Below, piece after piece: positions 9,835 through 19,096 of a stretch of 64,000 nt of DNA. The translations under genes and the position numbers were made by a program. The DNA comes from Candidatus Bathyarchaeia archaeon. GTDB lineage: Archaea > Thermoproteota > Bathyarchaeia > Bathyarchaeales > Bathycorpusculaceae. The notes under the pieces were generated by a model. The model ran no database searches. It was given only the letters and a program-made list of their open reading frames with translations, and was not told the DNA's origin. The DNA is taken from NCBI GenBank assembly GCA_049515895.1, contig JBEKTQ010000002.1, positions 32,001-96,000 of the forward strand, in the 5' to 3' direction. Numbering within the stretch: the first letter of the stretch is position 1; the number at the start of each line of letters is the position of its first letter.

Positions 9835-10155
9835 ATGGATAACTCGTTTAAGGATATGGAGGTGAAAACGACGAGTAGACAAAATGCTCTGACAGGTAGA
9901 CATAACGGGATAGATCACAGTAGAGGAACAAAACGCCAATATACAAGCAGACCCGGAAAAACCGGTCGCGTCAGTCCAGTGCTTGTTGAAAAATATCTTG
10001 CAGGCATACACTTCCCAGCTGAAAAGAAGAACCTATTAGACAAAGCAACGGACAAATGTGCACCAGACGACGCTATAGACATGCTGAACAAGCTGCCAGG
10101 TAAAACTTACAAGCCGCCGATAGATATAACCAAAGAAATAGGAAAAATTGAGTAG
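9835..10155 (+). CDS. DUF2795 domain protein
   Basis: VSPVLVEKYLAGIHFPAEKKNLL...A...APDD...LNKLP..TY pattern. Start uncertain (9835, 9856 or ACG 9871). Confidence 0.75.
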   Translation: MDNSFKDMEVKTTSRQNALTGRHNGIDHSRGTKRQYTSRPGKTGRVSPVLVEKYLAGIHFPAEKKNLLDKATDKCAPDDAIDMLNKLPGKTYKPPIDITKEIGKIE

Positions 10156-10303
10156 TATCAACCGAAAAACCAGTTTTCTTTAACTTAGTTTTTTGGCCTC
10201 CCCTGTCTTGAGGCGACATCTTGTAATCAAATCAAAGTACGGATGCTATGCATTCCTTTTGACGAGTAAAAATGCGGGTTGATGCAATTTGGCAGTTGAA
10301 AGC

Positions 10304-10461
10304 TTGCAGAAAAGGAAAATAACTAATAGAGAAGCTGGACGAAAAGGCGACGAAAAAGATTGTTAAAAGCATGGTCCCGAATTCTCAGGGAAATAGGACG
10401 GGAGCAGAACAAGGAAGTAGAAAGCACCGAACAGAGGTATGGTTTCTGCAATGAAAGCTAA
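10304..10461 (+). pseudogene. Decayed fourth GsiB/Em-like hydrophilin copy
   Basis: Translates as LQKRKITNREAGRKGDEKDC*KHGPEF(Y)REIGR, with an in-frame stop and a frameshift. Confidence 0.65.
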
Positions 10462-10562
10462 ACGGCTAGCAGAGCAACCAAAATATTTTTCCACCTCAAA
10501 CTCGATTTTTTCTACAACCGTCGGACAAAATGTTGAAATAGTATCCAGCCGCATTCTGTTTT

Positions 10563-11006
10563 ATGAAGCGAATTCTTGTTTTGTATTATAGCAGGACCGG
10601 CAACACGGAAAGGATGGCTAAAGCCGTAGCTGAAGGAGCAAAAATTAATGATGACATCAAAGTTGAATTGAGCTTTCACGTTGAACCGGAAGATCTGAGC
10701 GCCTTTGACGCCGTTCTTGTCGGGACCCCAACTTATCACCACGAGATGGCAATTGAATTTAAAAACCTCTTTGAGGAAGCAGCCGCAAAAGGCATTAGCT
10801 TAAAGGGCAAAGTTGGGGCGGCGTTCGGTTCCTACGGGTGGACAGGCGAAGCGCCCAAGCTTGTTGTGGAAATCATGAAGTTCAAGTTTGAGATGCAAGT
10901 GACTGAACTACCTTTGCTCGCAAGGTATCTGCCGGACCAAAAAATGCTCAGCGACTGCAAAGATTTGGGAAAAAGAGTTTCCGAAAACTTGATGAGCAAG
11001 GCTTAA
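10563..11006 (+). CDS. Flavodoxin
   Basis: YYSRTGNTERMA FMN loop; GTPTY; AFGSYGW. Confidence 0.9.
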   Translation: MKRILVLYYSRTGNTERMAKAVAEGAKINDDIKVELSFHVEPEDLSAFDAVLVGTPTYHHEMAIEFKNLFEEAAAKGISLKGKVGAAFGSYGWTGEAPKLVVEIMKFKFEMQVTELPLLARYLPDQKMLSDCKDLGKRVSENLMSKA

Positions 11007-11028
11007 CATTAGCGGATGGGAGAATTTT

Positions 11029-11514
11029 ATGGAAAAACCAAAGGATAATCTTCTTGAATTCCTGAAAAATCAAATTAAGGTTGAAAAAGAAATAGTGGCT
11101 TCCCTTCAGAAACCTCTGTTGATCATGAAGAATCCAGCGGTCAAGGGAGTCCTGAAAGGGGTCTCGCTTGATTCTATAAAGCACGCTGAACTCTACATGT
11201 CAGCCATTACTCTTCTCACAGGGGCTTCCACCGCGTTAACGCAGGATAACCTGGATGAGCAGAGGAAACTTGTCGAAAAACACATAGAGATCGAGTCTGA
11301 ACTAATTAAGAAGCTGGAAAAAATGATTCCAACTATCGACAATAGTAAAGTTGTTTTTCTCTTGAACTCCATACTAGCTGACGAACGCAGACATCACGAG
11401 ATGCTGAAGATGGTTTTAGAAATAATTGTTCATGGAGAAACCATCACAGAGGATGACTGGTGGAAACTACTCTGGGAAAACGCACCGTTCCACGGAGCGC
11501 CTGGCGGAGGATAA
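11029..11514 (+). CDS. Ferritin-like (rubrerythrin-fold) diiron protein
   Basis: Duplicated helix pairs with E...DSIKH and E...DERRH. Confidence 0.7.
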   Translation: MEKPKDNLLEFLKNQIKVEKEIVASLQKPLLIMKNPAVKGVLKGVSLDSIKHAELYMSAITLLTGASTALTQDNLDEQRKLVEKHIEIESELIKKLEKMIPTIDNSKVVFLLNSILADERRHHEMLKMVLEIIVHGETITEDDWWKLLWENAPFHGAPGGG

Positions 11515-11540
11515 GCGGAAAAAGAACTTCAGGCTATTTG

Positions 11541-12515
11541 CTAAGAGTTAGTATTTTCCTGCATTACTTGCCCGGAAGAAGTCCATGTATCTTCGACTAT
11601 CTGTTGAAGCTCCTGAAGTACTGACGCCAACATTTCGCCTTTGCAGGTTAAACCGTAGGCTTTGGGGGTTCTTCTTATGAAGATGAGTTTTTTGCCTTTC
11701 AACCCTCTCAGATACTTGTAGGTTCTTCTCATGGAAAGCTCTGTTTCCTTCGCAAGTTTTCCGGCTGAAATTCCTTCATCTGGAATTGCATCGTACACGT
11801 TCCGTTCGGTAGTTGAGAAGGCTTCCAGGCTGGGATCTCGCTTAGATCTGAAGAAAAAGATGTAGTCTCTTTCCTCGGGGGTTTCTATTAAGCCGACGGA
11901 ACGCAGCCGTTTAAGGATTCGTGATGCAATCTTGGGCGAAATCAAGGCTTCAATGTCTTCAAACGTTTTGGGCCCTGATAGTAAGGATTGCAGGAGTATT
12001 TCTTCGTAGCATTCTGAGTGCGCTGGAAGCATTTCAGCGAATTCAGGGAAAGCTTCGAGTAGTTCGGTTAGTCGGCCGCCGAAAGTGGTTGCGTAGTATT
12101 CGTCTCGCAATTCCGTGGCGAGACCCACTGCCATTAGCGGTCGCAGGTACTCTTCGTTAATGGTGTCTTGACTGTGGCTATGTCCCGTTCTTTTGAGTTC
12201 CTGTTGCAGTTGGCTAACTGAGTATCTGCCGTTTACAATTGCTTGAAGAATGTGTAGTCTTGTCTCGCTTTTAAGAACGTTGAAGAGTTCTTTTATGTAG
12301 TTGGGATTATCCATTGTTTCGCGAAGTTTTCTTAGCTCATTCTTGAGTTTGTATACTTGGCATCGGTTTATGCATTCTAAGGGAGATATTGGGGCGCAGC
12401 TTCTGCATTCCGCGCCAAGCGTCTTAAGCATCCCTGCCAAATCTCGGGTGCTCTCCGCCTTTCGGGTTGAAGTTAGGACATTACCCACTTGTTTTATTCT
12501 CCTATTCGAATACAC
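11541..12515 (-). CDS. Multi-winged-helix transcription regulator with an N-terminal 4-Cys motif
   Basis: CRSC-x7-C-x3-C, followed by three HTH-like segments (e.g. SAGKLAKETELSMRRTYKYLRGL). Confidence 0.7.
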   Translation of the reverse strand: MYSNRRIKQVGNVLTSTRKAESTRDLAGMLKTLGAECRSCAPISPLECINRCQVYKLKNELRKLRETMDNPNYIKELFNVLKSETRLHILQAIVNGRYSVSQLQQELKRTGHSHSQDTINEEYLRPLMAVGLATELRDEYYATTFGGRLTELLEAFPEFAEMLPAHSECYEEILLQSLLSGPKTFEDIEALISPKIASRILKRLRSVGLIETPEERDYIFFFRSKRDPSLEAFSTTERNVYDAIPDEGISAGKLAKETELSMRRTYKYLRGLKGKKLIFIRRTPKAYGLTCKGEMLASVLQELQQIVEDTWTSSGQVMQENTNS

Positions 12516-12588
12516 TGCTTATGCCATGAAGAGGCAAGAAGTGAAAGTTTGTTTTGCGAGACTGGCTTTTGCGATTTGATAGCTCATC

Positions 12589-12621
12589 ATGACACGCGTC
12601 ATATTATGTGACAAGCGTCAT
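12589..12621. promoter_or_regulatory. Twin palindromic operator TGAC-N4-GTCA
   Basis: ATGACACGCGTCAT (12589-12602) and GTGACAAGCGTCAT (12608-12621), directly before TATA-like TTTAAATA and between two divergent regulators. Confidence 0.65.
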
Positions 12622-12654
12622 GTTTAAATAAGTTTTCCCCAGAAATAACCCTAA

Positions 12655-13044
12655 TTGGTGCCTAACTTGATACTTCCGTGCGAGGTAGGAGTAAAAACCG
12701 TTTTGCCTTCAGTAAAGGCTATTATGGCAAGAGAAATCGTCACAAACCGCGGGTTCAACGAACAGCAAACAGCTGAACTTTTGGGACTATCACAATCTGC
12801 AGTCAGCAGATACTTAAACAAAGAAAGAGGAAACACATTAATTACATTGGAAAACTCGACTGAAATTTTGGCGCTCATAAATCAAATGGTCGCTGTGCTA
12901 ATAAAAGAGCCGAACAACAAATCAGGAGTCCTCAAGCTCTTTTGTCAGACATGCCAAGCTGTCAGAAAAAGTGGTTTAATGTGTCCATTATGCCAAAAGG
13001 AAATGCCGCAGGGTTGGGCAGAAAACTGCTTATTTTGCCACTAA
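12655..13044 (+). CDS. HTH transcriptional regulator (COG2522-like) with Cys-rich C-terminus
   Basis: PCE motif; QQTAELLGLSQSAVSRYL helix-turn-helix; CQTC, CPLC and CLFC. Confidence 0.8.
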   Translation: MVPNLILPCEVGVKTVLPSVKAIMAREIVTNRGFNEQQTAELLGLSQSAVSRYLNKERGNTLITLENSTEILALINQMVAVLIKEPNNKSGVLKLFCQTCQAVRKSGLMCPLCQKEMPQGWAENCLFCH

Positions 13045-13099
13045 TCAGCCTAATTAATATTTATTAAAAACGAAGTCGCCTTGATTTTGAGGGACAGAA

Positions 13100-14038
13100 A
13101 TGTCCTACGACGAAAACGCCATTCTCGATATTATCGCAAAGGTAAGCAAAACCGCTGTTAACATAAGCACTGTAAAGCTTGTGCACAACATTTTCTACCA
13201 GGCAGTGCCAGTTGCCGGAACAGGGTCAGGTACCTTAATAGATTCGACGGGGCTAATTTTAACTAACAATCACGTGGTAGGTGGCGCCCAAAAAATCAAT
13301 GTTACATTGGGTACCAACGAGGTGCTTGAAGGTACAATCGTAGGATCATGCGCCATCCATGACATAGCCGTAGTCAAGGTCGACGGGGAAGGAAGAAATC
13401 TTCAGGCGGCAGAACTCGGCGACTCAGATAAGATAAGAGTTGGGCAAAGAGTCTACGCCATCGGCAATCCTTTCGGGCTGGCTGGCGGTCCAAGCGTAAC
13501 TTCAGGGGTTATAAGCGCAATCAACAGGACGATAGAGTCGGAAAGAGGCTTGATAGAGAACCTTGTTCAAACCGATGCCTCTATTAACCCTGGAAACAGT
13601 GGCGGTCCACTTGTCGACGTCGGGGGTAAAGTAATCGCAATAAACACGGCGATTATTCCATTTGCTCAAGGCATTGGTTTCGCCATCCCAGTGAACCAGG
13701 CAAAGGAATGCACCGACGAAATTGCAGTGGGAGGCACCGCCAAAAAGCCATATCTCGGAATAGTCGGTTTAAGTCTAACCATGGAAATCGCACGCTACTA
13801 CGCGTTGCCAGTTGATCATGGAGTTTTAGTAACAAGGGTTGCCGAGGGTAGCCCTGCAGAGTCTGCTGGGATGTCTGAAGGAGATATCATCTTGGAAATA
13901 AGTAATGCCGAGACACATAGAATTGAAGATTTGGTGAATGAGATTCATGGGAAGAAAGTTGGCGAAGTCGTCAGAATTCTTGCGGTGCATAATGGCAGGG
14001 AGCACCTTTTTGAGATAAAACTAAGTGAAGCGCCTTAG
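13100..14038 (+). CDS. HtrA/DegP-like serine protease with PDZ domain
   Basis: TNNHVV, DIAV, GNSGGPL catalytic triad; C-terminal PDZ; no signal peptide. Confidence 0.92.
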   Translation: MSYDENAILDIIAKVSKTAVNISTVKLVHNIFYQAVPVAGTGSGTLIDSTGLILTNNHVVGGAQKINVTLGTNEVLEGTIVGSCAIHDIAVVKVDGEGRNLQAAELGDSDKIRVGQRVYAIGNPFGLAGGPSVTSGVISAINRTIESERGLIENLVQTDASINPGNSGGPLVDVGGKVIAINTAIIPFAQGIGFAIPVNQAKECTDEIAVGGTAKKPYLGIVGLSLTMEIARYYALPVDHGVLVTRVAEGSPAESAGMSEGDIILEISNAETHRIEDLVNEIHGKKVGEVVRILAVHNGREHLFEIKLSEAP

Positions 14039-14049
14039 CTCAGCTTTGT

Positions 14050-14502
14050 TTGAAAATGGGGATGCATGGGTTGAGTCAAAACGTAATTAAGGAAATCTTG
14101 GAAAAATACAGGGTTATCGCAGTTGTTGGGTTATCGAAAGAGCCTGGAAAAGACAGCCACAGAGTTAGTGCTTATCTAAAACAGTGTGGCTACCGAATAA
14201 TACCAGTAAACCCTTTTGCAAACGAGGTCCTCGGCGAAAAAAGTTACCCGAGCCTACTTGAAATCCCGCCTGAAATCCAGAAAACCATTGAAATCGTTGA
14301 TGTTTTCAGACCCGCGGAAGATGTGCCTCCGATAATGGAGCAAGCCATCAAGCTCAAGCAGAAGAACGGAAAACCCTTCGTTTTCTGGATGCAACTTGGA
14401 ATTGTAAACAAAGAAGCCGCTGAAGCTGGCAGGCATGCAGGTTTAACGGTTATTATGGATAAATGTCTGATGATTGAACACAACCATTTAGCGCCTACAT
14501 GA
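14050..14502 (+). CDS. CoA-binding protein (YccU-like)
   Basis: IAVVGLS, PVNP, VDVFRP, WMQLG, MDKC motifs. Confidence 0.9.
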   Translation: MKMGMHGLSQNVIKEILEKYRVIAVVGLSKEPGKDSHRVSAYLKQCGYRIIPVNPFANEVLGEKSYPSLLEIPPEIQKTIEIVDVFRPAEDVPPIMEQAIKLKQKNGKPFVFWMQLGIVNKEAAEAGRHAGLTVIMDKCLMIEHNHLAPT

Positions 14503-14974
14503 TTTCCTCCAGGGCCTTCTGAATCTCCATATAGTTCGGCTCAACTGAGGGATTTTCTGAAACCCAAACGTACCTAACTACGCCGTTCATGTCCAAGATG
14601 AATATTGAGCGTTTCGCGACTGTGTACCCATTGAGCCCAGCGAAGTTAGGCAGCTCTAACCCGTAGGCTTTGATGGTTTCACGCTTGTAGTCGCTAAGCA
14701 CTGGAAAGGGCAGCCTGTTTTTCTCCAGGAAAGCTTTATTGCTGAATGGGTCGTTGACGCTTATTCCTACGACTTGCGCTTTTAGATCGGTAAGCCGAGA
14801 CATAGAATCGCGAAACTCACACATCTCTTTCGTGCATGTCGAAGTGAAAGCTCCGACGAAAAAAGCCAAAACGATTTTTTGGCCCATAAACTCCTTGAGG
14901 CTTCTCTGTTTCATGTCAGTATCAGGAAGGGTAAAATCAGGTGCTTTATCCCCAACTTTGATTTTGGTATCCAT
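14495..14974 (-). CDS. Peroxiredoxin (BCP/PrxQ-like)
   Basis: GDKAPDFTL; [10 protein letters not shown]; KRSIF. Confidence 0.9.
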   Translation of the reverse strand: MDTKIKVGDKAPDFTLPDTDMKQRSLKEFMGQKIVLAFFVGAFTSTCTKEMCEFRDSMSRLTDLKAQVVGISVNDPFSNKAFLEKNRLPFPVLSDYKRETIKAYGLELPNFAGLNGYTVAKRSIFILDMNGVVRYVWVSENPSVEPNYMEIQKALEEIM

Positions 14975-15031
14975 AGAATTTCAGGTCCAATATTCTAGGA
15001 AAAGAGTAGGCGTATAAATGGATGACGTTTT

Positions 15032-15691
15032 CTATTCGAAAGCAAAAGCGCATGGGCAAATCTTGTTCAGAACGCATATGTCACATTTGGGTTTTCTTGC
15101 AATGCAGACTTGCCTTCCATGGAAAATCAGCAGGTCAGTGAGTTTCATCCATTTCTCTTTCGGCGTGATTTGCATTAAGTCAAGTTCAATTTTTGCAGCG
15201 TCATCGTTTTCAGTTAAGCCAAGCCGCTGTGAAAGCCTGTGGACATGAGTGTCAACTGCTACTCCCGCAACTACGCCGTAGGAGTTGTTTAACACGATGT
15301 TGGCTGTTTTTCTTGCTACTCCTGGAAGCTCCAGCAGCTCCTCCATAGTCTTAGGGACCTGCGAACGGAATTTTTCCACTAGGAGCCGGCAACATCTCTG
15401 CAAGTTTCTGGCTTTGTTATGGTAAAAGCCTGTTGAACGTATGTCCTGCTCAAGCTCTTTTATGTCAGCGTTCGCGTAATCTTCCGGTGTGCGGTACTTC
15501 TTGAATAAGTTTCGGGTCACAGTGTTGACTTGCACATCGGTTGTCTGGGCAGAAAGCATAGTGGCAACAAGCATTTCCAAGGGGTTTGAGTAGTTGAGCG
15601 CGGTTTTTGCGTCGGGATACTGTTTTTCAAGTAATTCGATTATCTTTGTGACGCGTGCTTTGGGTTCAAGGTAGATCTCTGGTTTTTTCAT
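15032..15691 (-). CDS. nth: Endonuclease III
   Basis: LSAQTTD; HhH LPGVARKTA; VDTHV; C-x6-C-x2-C-x5-C Fe-S motif. Confidence 0.95.
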   Translation of the reverse strand: MKKPEIYLEPKARVTKIIELLEKQYPDAKTALNYSNPLEMLVATMLSAQTTDVQVNTVTRNLFKKYRTPEDYANADIKELEQDIRSTGFYHNKARNLQRCCRLLVEKFRSQVPKTMEELLELPGVARKTANIVLNNSYGVVAGVAVDTHVHRLSQRLGLTENDDAAKIELDLMQITPKEKWMKLTDLLIFHGRQVCIARKPKCDICVLNKICPCAFAFE

Positions 15692-15907
15692 CCTTCATGC
15701 CTCTCAGAAGAAATGTGAGTAGATATAATAAAATTAAACGTGGCGGAGATAAAAGATTTTTGTAGCTCGATGGTTTTAACTGTTTAACATTTGTTTAGTA
15801 ATTCTTGTATATTCTTTAAATTTGGTAAGTAATAATCGGCCATACTAGCGCAATGTTTATATGATTTATAATAATCTGAAAATATGAACTTATCTGAAGT
15901 GGCAACC

Positions 15908-16465
15908 ATGGTCAACCCAACCAGAGTAACAGTCGCCTTCGACAAAACCACAGCTGATCTATTGGAAAAAATAAGCAAAGAAGCAGAAGTCTCCCAGAGC
16001 GAAGTTATGCGTCGCGCCCTAAAATTCTACAACGAAAACATGGCACTTGAAGACCCCGCAATTAAGAAAAAAATCCACGGCTACATGGACATGCTGCTTG
16101 GCGGCGAACACATAATCCTCGACGTTGACCATTGGCTCATGTTCCTAAGTCTAATTGCTACATCGCCTCAAAAAGAAAAGTTTTGGAATGAACACAAAGA
16201 AGTAGCCCGAGCCCACTGGGAACAGCTAAAAACGAAGGTCCGTTCTCCCGAAGAAATGCTCACTCGCCTTGAGGTCTGCAACTTCTTCCGCCTTACAAAA
16301 AACGCCCCAAACGACTACACACTTGTCTTGGTTTCAGAGATGTCGAAAGACTTCATCAGAGTATTCCTTGAAGAGTATTTCTCAGCCATGGGCGTCAAAG
16401 CGGAGATAAAAGAAAACTTAACCAAACTTAGAGTAACCATTAAGCCATCCAGTCCGAGAATCTAG
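15908..16465 (+). CDS. Ribbon-helix-helix (CopG) regulator with a C-terminal domain
   Basis: RVTVAFD...SQSEVMRRAL RHH signature; ATG 15908 preferred as start. Confidence 0.75.
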   Translation: MVNPTRVTVAFDKTTADLLEKISKEAEVSQSEVMRRALKFYNENMALEDPAIKKKIHGYMDMLLGGEHIILDVDHWLMFLSLIATSPQKEKFWNEHKEVARAHWEQLKTKVRSPEEMLTRLEVCNFFRLTKNAPNDYTLVLVSEMSKDFIRVFLEEYFSAMGVKAEIKENLTKLRVTIKPSSPRI

Positions 16466-16531
16466 GCGTTGTCTTCCCCCAGAAACCTTTTACCCTCAAA
16501 TTTACTAACCAATACAACAGGTGAATTTGAG

Positions 16532-16681
16532 TTGAGTCTAAAACTGAAAGTTGACGGAAAGGAAATACCCCTTAATGAGTTTGTGGAAAAAATTTTAGCT
16601 GGAACAATAACTGGGGCGGTAACTGCCTTGCGGGGAATAAAGGATGACTGGGAAAAAATTGAAATAGAAATCCAAAAATAA
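16532..16681 (+). CDS. Small protein resembling the C-terminal extension of archaeal MobB
   Basis: LKVDGKEIPLNEFVEKILAGTITGAV; AGGTGA SD before TTG 16532. Confidence 0.6.
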   Translation: MSLKLKVDGKEIPLNEFVEKILAGTITGAVTALRGIKDDWEKIEIEIQK

Positions 16682-16683
16682 GC

Positions 16684-17253
16684 TTAGCCGTTAAATTCGA
16701 CTGAACTCTCTATTTCCGCGAACAGCTCCTTTTTGGCTTTGCATATGGGACAGATGTACGGCGGGTCCTCCCTGAAAACCACGTAACCACATTGCTTGCA
16801 GTACCATAACTTCTTTTTGACCGTCGGCTGAGCTTTCCCTGCGACTGGAATTGCTGTCGCCGGTTTCTCTTGAGTTCCCCCTGCTGCCGCCTGTTTGGTC
16901 GGGACTGCCTGTGCGCCGTACGCTCTTTCCTGCTTTTCCAGCGGTCTTCGCTCGGGAACTTCAGGCAAGTTTTGACTTTCATAAACTTGCTTATTAACGT
17001 AAAGCCGACAGTAGCAGGCACCATACTGTGCGACGTCTGGATCGCGGTAGTCACAGGGGCAAATGATGTCCCGGTCGAACTCGAAGCTGCCTGATGTAAG
17101 CCTGCATGGGCACAGCGGGTAGCCATATCTATCTTCATTTGTCTTTAATCCTTCAAGGAAACCTTGTAGCAAATCGGGTTGAGGGGTAAGATAATACCCA
17201 TAGGTTTTAGCGTCTGCTTCGGCTCTCTTCCGGACTTCTTCTGTGGTGGTCAA
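16684..17253 (-). CDS. Ferredoxin:thioredoxin reductase catalytic domain fused to rubredoxin (FDR-like)
   Basis: CPCR, CPC and CYC motifs; C-terminal WYCKQCG...CPICK. Confidence 0.9.
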   Translation of the reverse strand: MTTTEEVRKRAEADAKTYGYYLTPQPDLLQGFLEGLKTNEDRYGYPLCPCRLTSGSFEFDRDIICPCDYRDPDVAQYGACYCRLYVNKQVYESQNLPEVPERRPLEKQERAYGAQAVPTKQAAAGGTQEKPATAIPVAGKAQPTVKKKLWYCKQCGYVVFREDPPYICPICKAKKELFAEIESSVEFNG

Positions 17254-17534
17254 ATTTCAAGAGCCTCCTTAAGTTTGTCCTTGCGGAAACCCGTGATCAC
17301 AACCTTGTCATCAACAATCGTTGTGGGATAGCTGAGCATGCCTCCTTTGCTTTGGATTGTCTCGCGGATTTTCTGCTTCTCTTCCTCTTCGGCTAAGTCA
17401 ACGTCGACGTATTCGTATTCGATGTTGTTTTCGTTTAGGTATTGTTTTGTTAGTTTGCACCAAACGCATGTGCTTAACGCGTAGAGGAAAACCTTGTGCT
17501 TATTGTTCTTGCCAGCAATCTTAGAAATGTTCAT
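17250..17534 (-). CDS. Glutaredoxin/NrdH-like protein
   Basis: LSTCVWC; cis-Pro SYPT; ITGF. Confidence 0.9.
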   Translation of the reverse strand: MNISKIAGKNNKHKVFLYALSTCVWCKLTKQYLNENNIEYEYVDVDLAEEEEKQKIRETIQSKGGMLSYPTTIVDDKVVITGFRKDKLKEALEI

Positions 17535-17608
17535 ATCAAAACAACTCTGCTAGAAACAGTTGCTTGCAGGATAATATAACTTTTTAGATTTGAAAATTGG
17601 GGAGGGAT

Positions 17609-18982
17609 CTATGCTGGTTTTAGGTTGCCAAACGCGTTTTGAACAACCTCGGTCATGGCGGGATGGATGTGCATGCCTTGGGCGATTGGCGCGTAGCTTC
17701 CAGTTTCAGAAACCATTGCGTTAACGATTTCTTGAATCAGAATTGAAGCTTCAGGACCAATGATGTGCCCGCCGAGGATTTTACCCGTTTCAGCGTCAAC
17801 AATCACTTTCACGAAGCCTTCAGGAAAACCCATTGCAGCACCCATTGCTGTATCCCGATAAAGCGCGTTGCCAATAACAACTTTATGGGACTGCTGTTTG
17901 GCTTCTTCCTCTTTTAAGCCGACAGAGGCAACCTGAGGATGGGTAAAAACTGCGCGGGGGGCTGCCGAGAAATCCATTGGAATCTTGTGGTCATGCATGG
18001 AGTTGTGCCAAACTATCCCTGCTTCGTAGTTGGCTACGTGTTTGAACATTTGCATGCCTATAGCGTCGCCGAAAGCCCAAACATTCTTTTTGCTGGTTTC
18101 AAGGTATTCGTTAACTTTGATGAAATTGTGCCTGTCAAGCGTAACACCTGTCTTTTCAGGCTTCAAAACATCAGCGTTAGATACCCTGCCCGTGGCGACC
18201 AGCACCTCTTCAGCGCTGAATTCACTTTGGCGTCCATCCAGGCGGCTTCTTGCAACAAGCGTTTTGGTTTCACCCTTCTGCATCGCTTCCAAAACCTCAA
18301 AGCCCGTATATATTTCCATCCGCGTTTGCATCTCTTTCTTAAGTAACTCGCTGATTTCGGGTTCCTCATCAGGCAACACACGGTTTGGTCTTTGCAGTAT
18401 AGTTGTTTTTGTGCCGATCCCTGAGAAGAAGTGCCCGTACTCCATGCCTACGTATCCTCCGCCCACGATCAGTATACTTGTTGGCGGCTTTTGCATTTCC
18501 AGAACCGTATCGCTTGTCAAGTAACCTATTTTGTCAATGTCTTTGATCAAAGGTAACCCATGACGTGCTCCTGAAGCGATAAAAATTTTGGGGGCTGTAA
18601 TCGTACGCTGACCAACCTGGATGGTGTAATCGGAGATAAACTCGCCTGTTTCTTTGAACCAAACAAGATCAGGGGAGGCTTCCACCGCTAAAGCCTGATG
18701 TCCAGAGTCCTCCTCTACCAGCGAATGCATTCTGCCCATGATATTGTTAAAATCCACAGAATCCACGGTTGCATTAACTCCAAGTTTTCCCGCCGCCTTG
18801 ATATTGGCGATGACATCTGTTGGGTAAATCAGCATCTTAGAGGGAACGCAACCCACGTTTATGCAGGTGCCTCCCATTTTTCCATGTTCAACCAGCGCTA
18901 CTCTTAAGCCTTGGTCGACCGCGGCCGAGGCAACAAGCATTCCAGAACCTGAACCGATAACGATCACGTCAAAATGTTCCAT
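17609..18982 (-). CDS. Class I pyridine nucleotide-disulfide oxidoreductase (DLD/mycothione reductase-like)
   Basis: GSGSG; GGTCINVGCVPSK; GGGYVGME; HIHPAMTE. Confidence 0.9.
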   Translation of the reverse strand: MEHFDVIVIGSGSGMLVASAAVDQGLRVALVEHGKMGGTCINVGCVPSKMLIYPTDVIANIKAAGKLGVNATVDSVDFNNIMGRMHSLVEEDSGHQALAVEASPDLVWFKETGEFISDYTIQVGQRTITAPKIFIASGARHGLPLIKDIDKIGYLTSDTVLEMQKPPTSILIVGGGYVGMEYGHFFSGIGTKTTILQRPNRVLPDEEPEISELLKKEMQTRMEIYTGFEVLEAMQKGETKTLVARSRLDGRQSEFSAEEVLVATGRVSNADVLKPEKTGVTLDRHNFIKVNEYLETSKKNVWAFGDAIGMQMFKHVANYEAGIVWHNSMHDHKIPMDFSAAPRAVFTHPQVASVGLKEEEAKQQSHKVVIGNALYRDTAMGAAMGFPEGFVKVIVDAETGKILGGHIIGPEASILIQEIVNAMVSETGSYAPIAQGMHIHPAMTEVVQNAFGNLKPA

Positions 18983-19096
18983 AATAAACCCTCATTCTTT
19001 GGAAAGAGGAGAGTTAAAGCAAATAAACTTTTCAACGGTTATCTGCGGTTGGAAAATCTTTTATGCGAGTTATAGGTAACATGATTGTGGATTTTC

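Noticed and set aside
9482-10011. ORFs 9482-9691 (+) and 9535-10011 (-)
   Set aside because: They overlap better-supported hydrophilin and DUF2795 genes in other frames.
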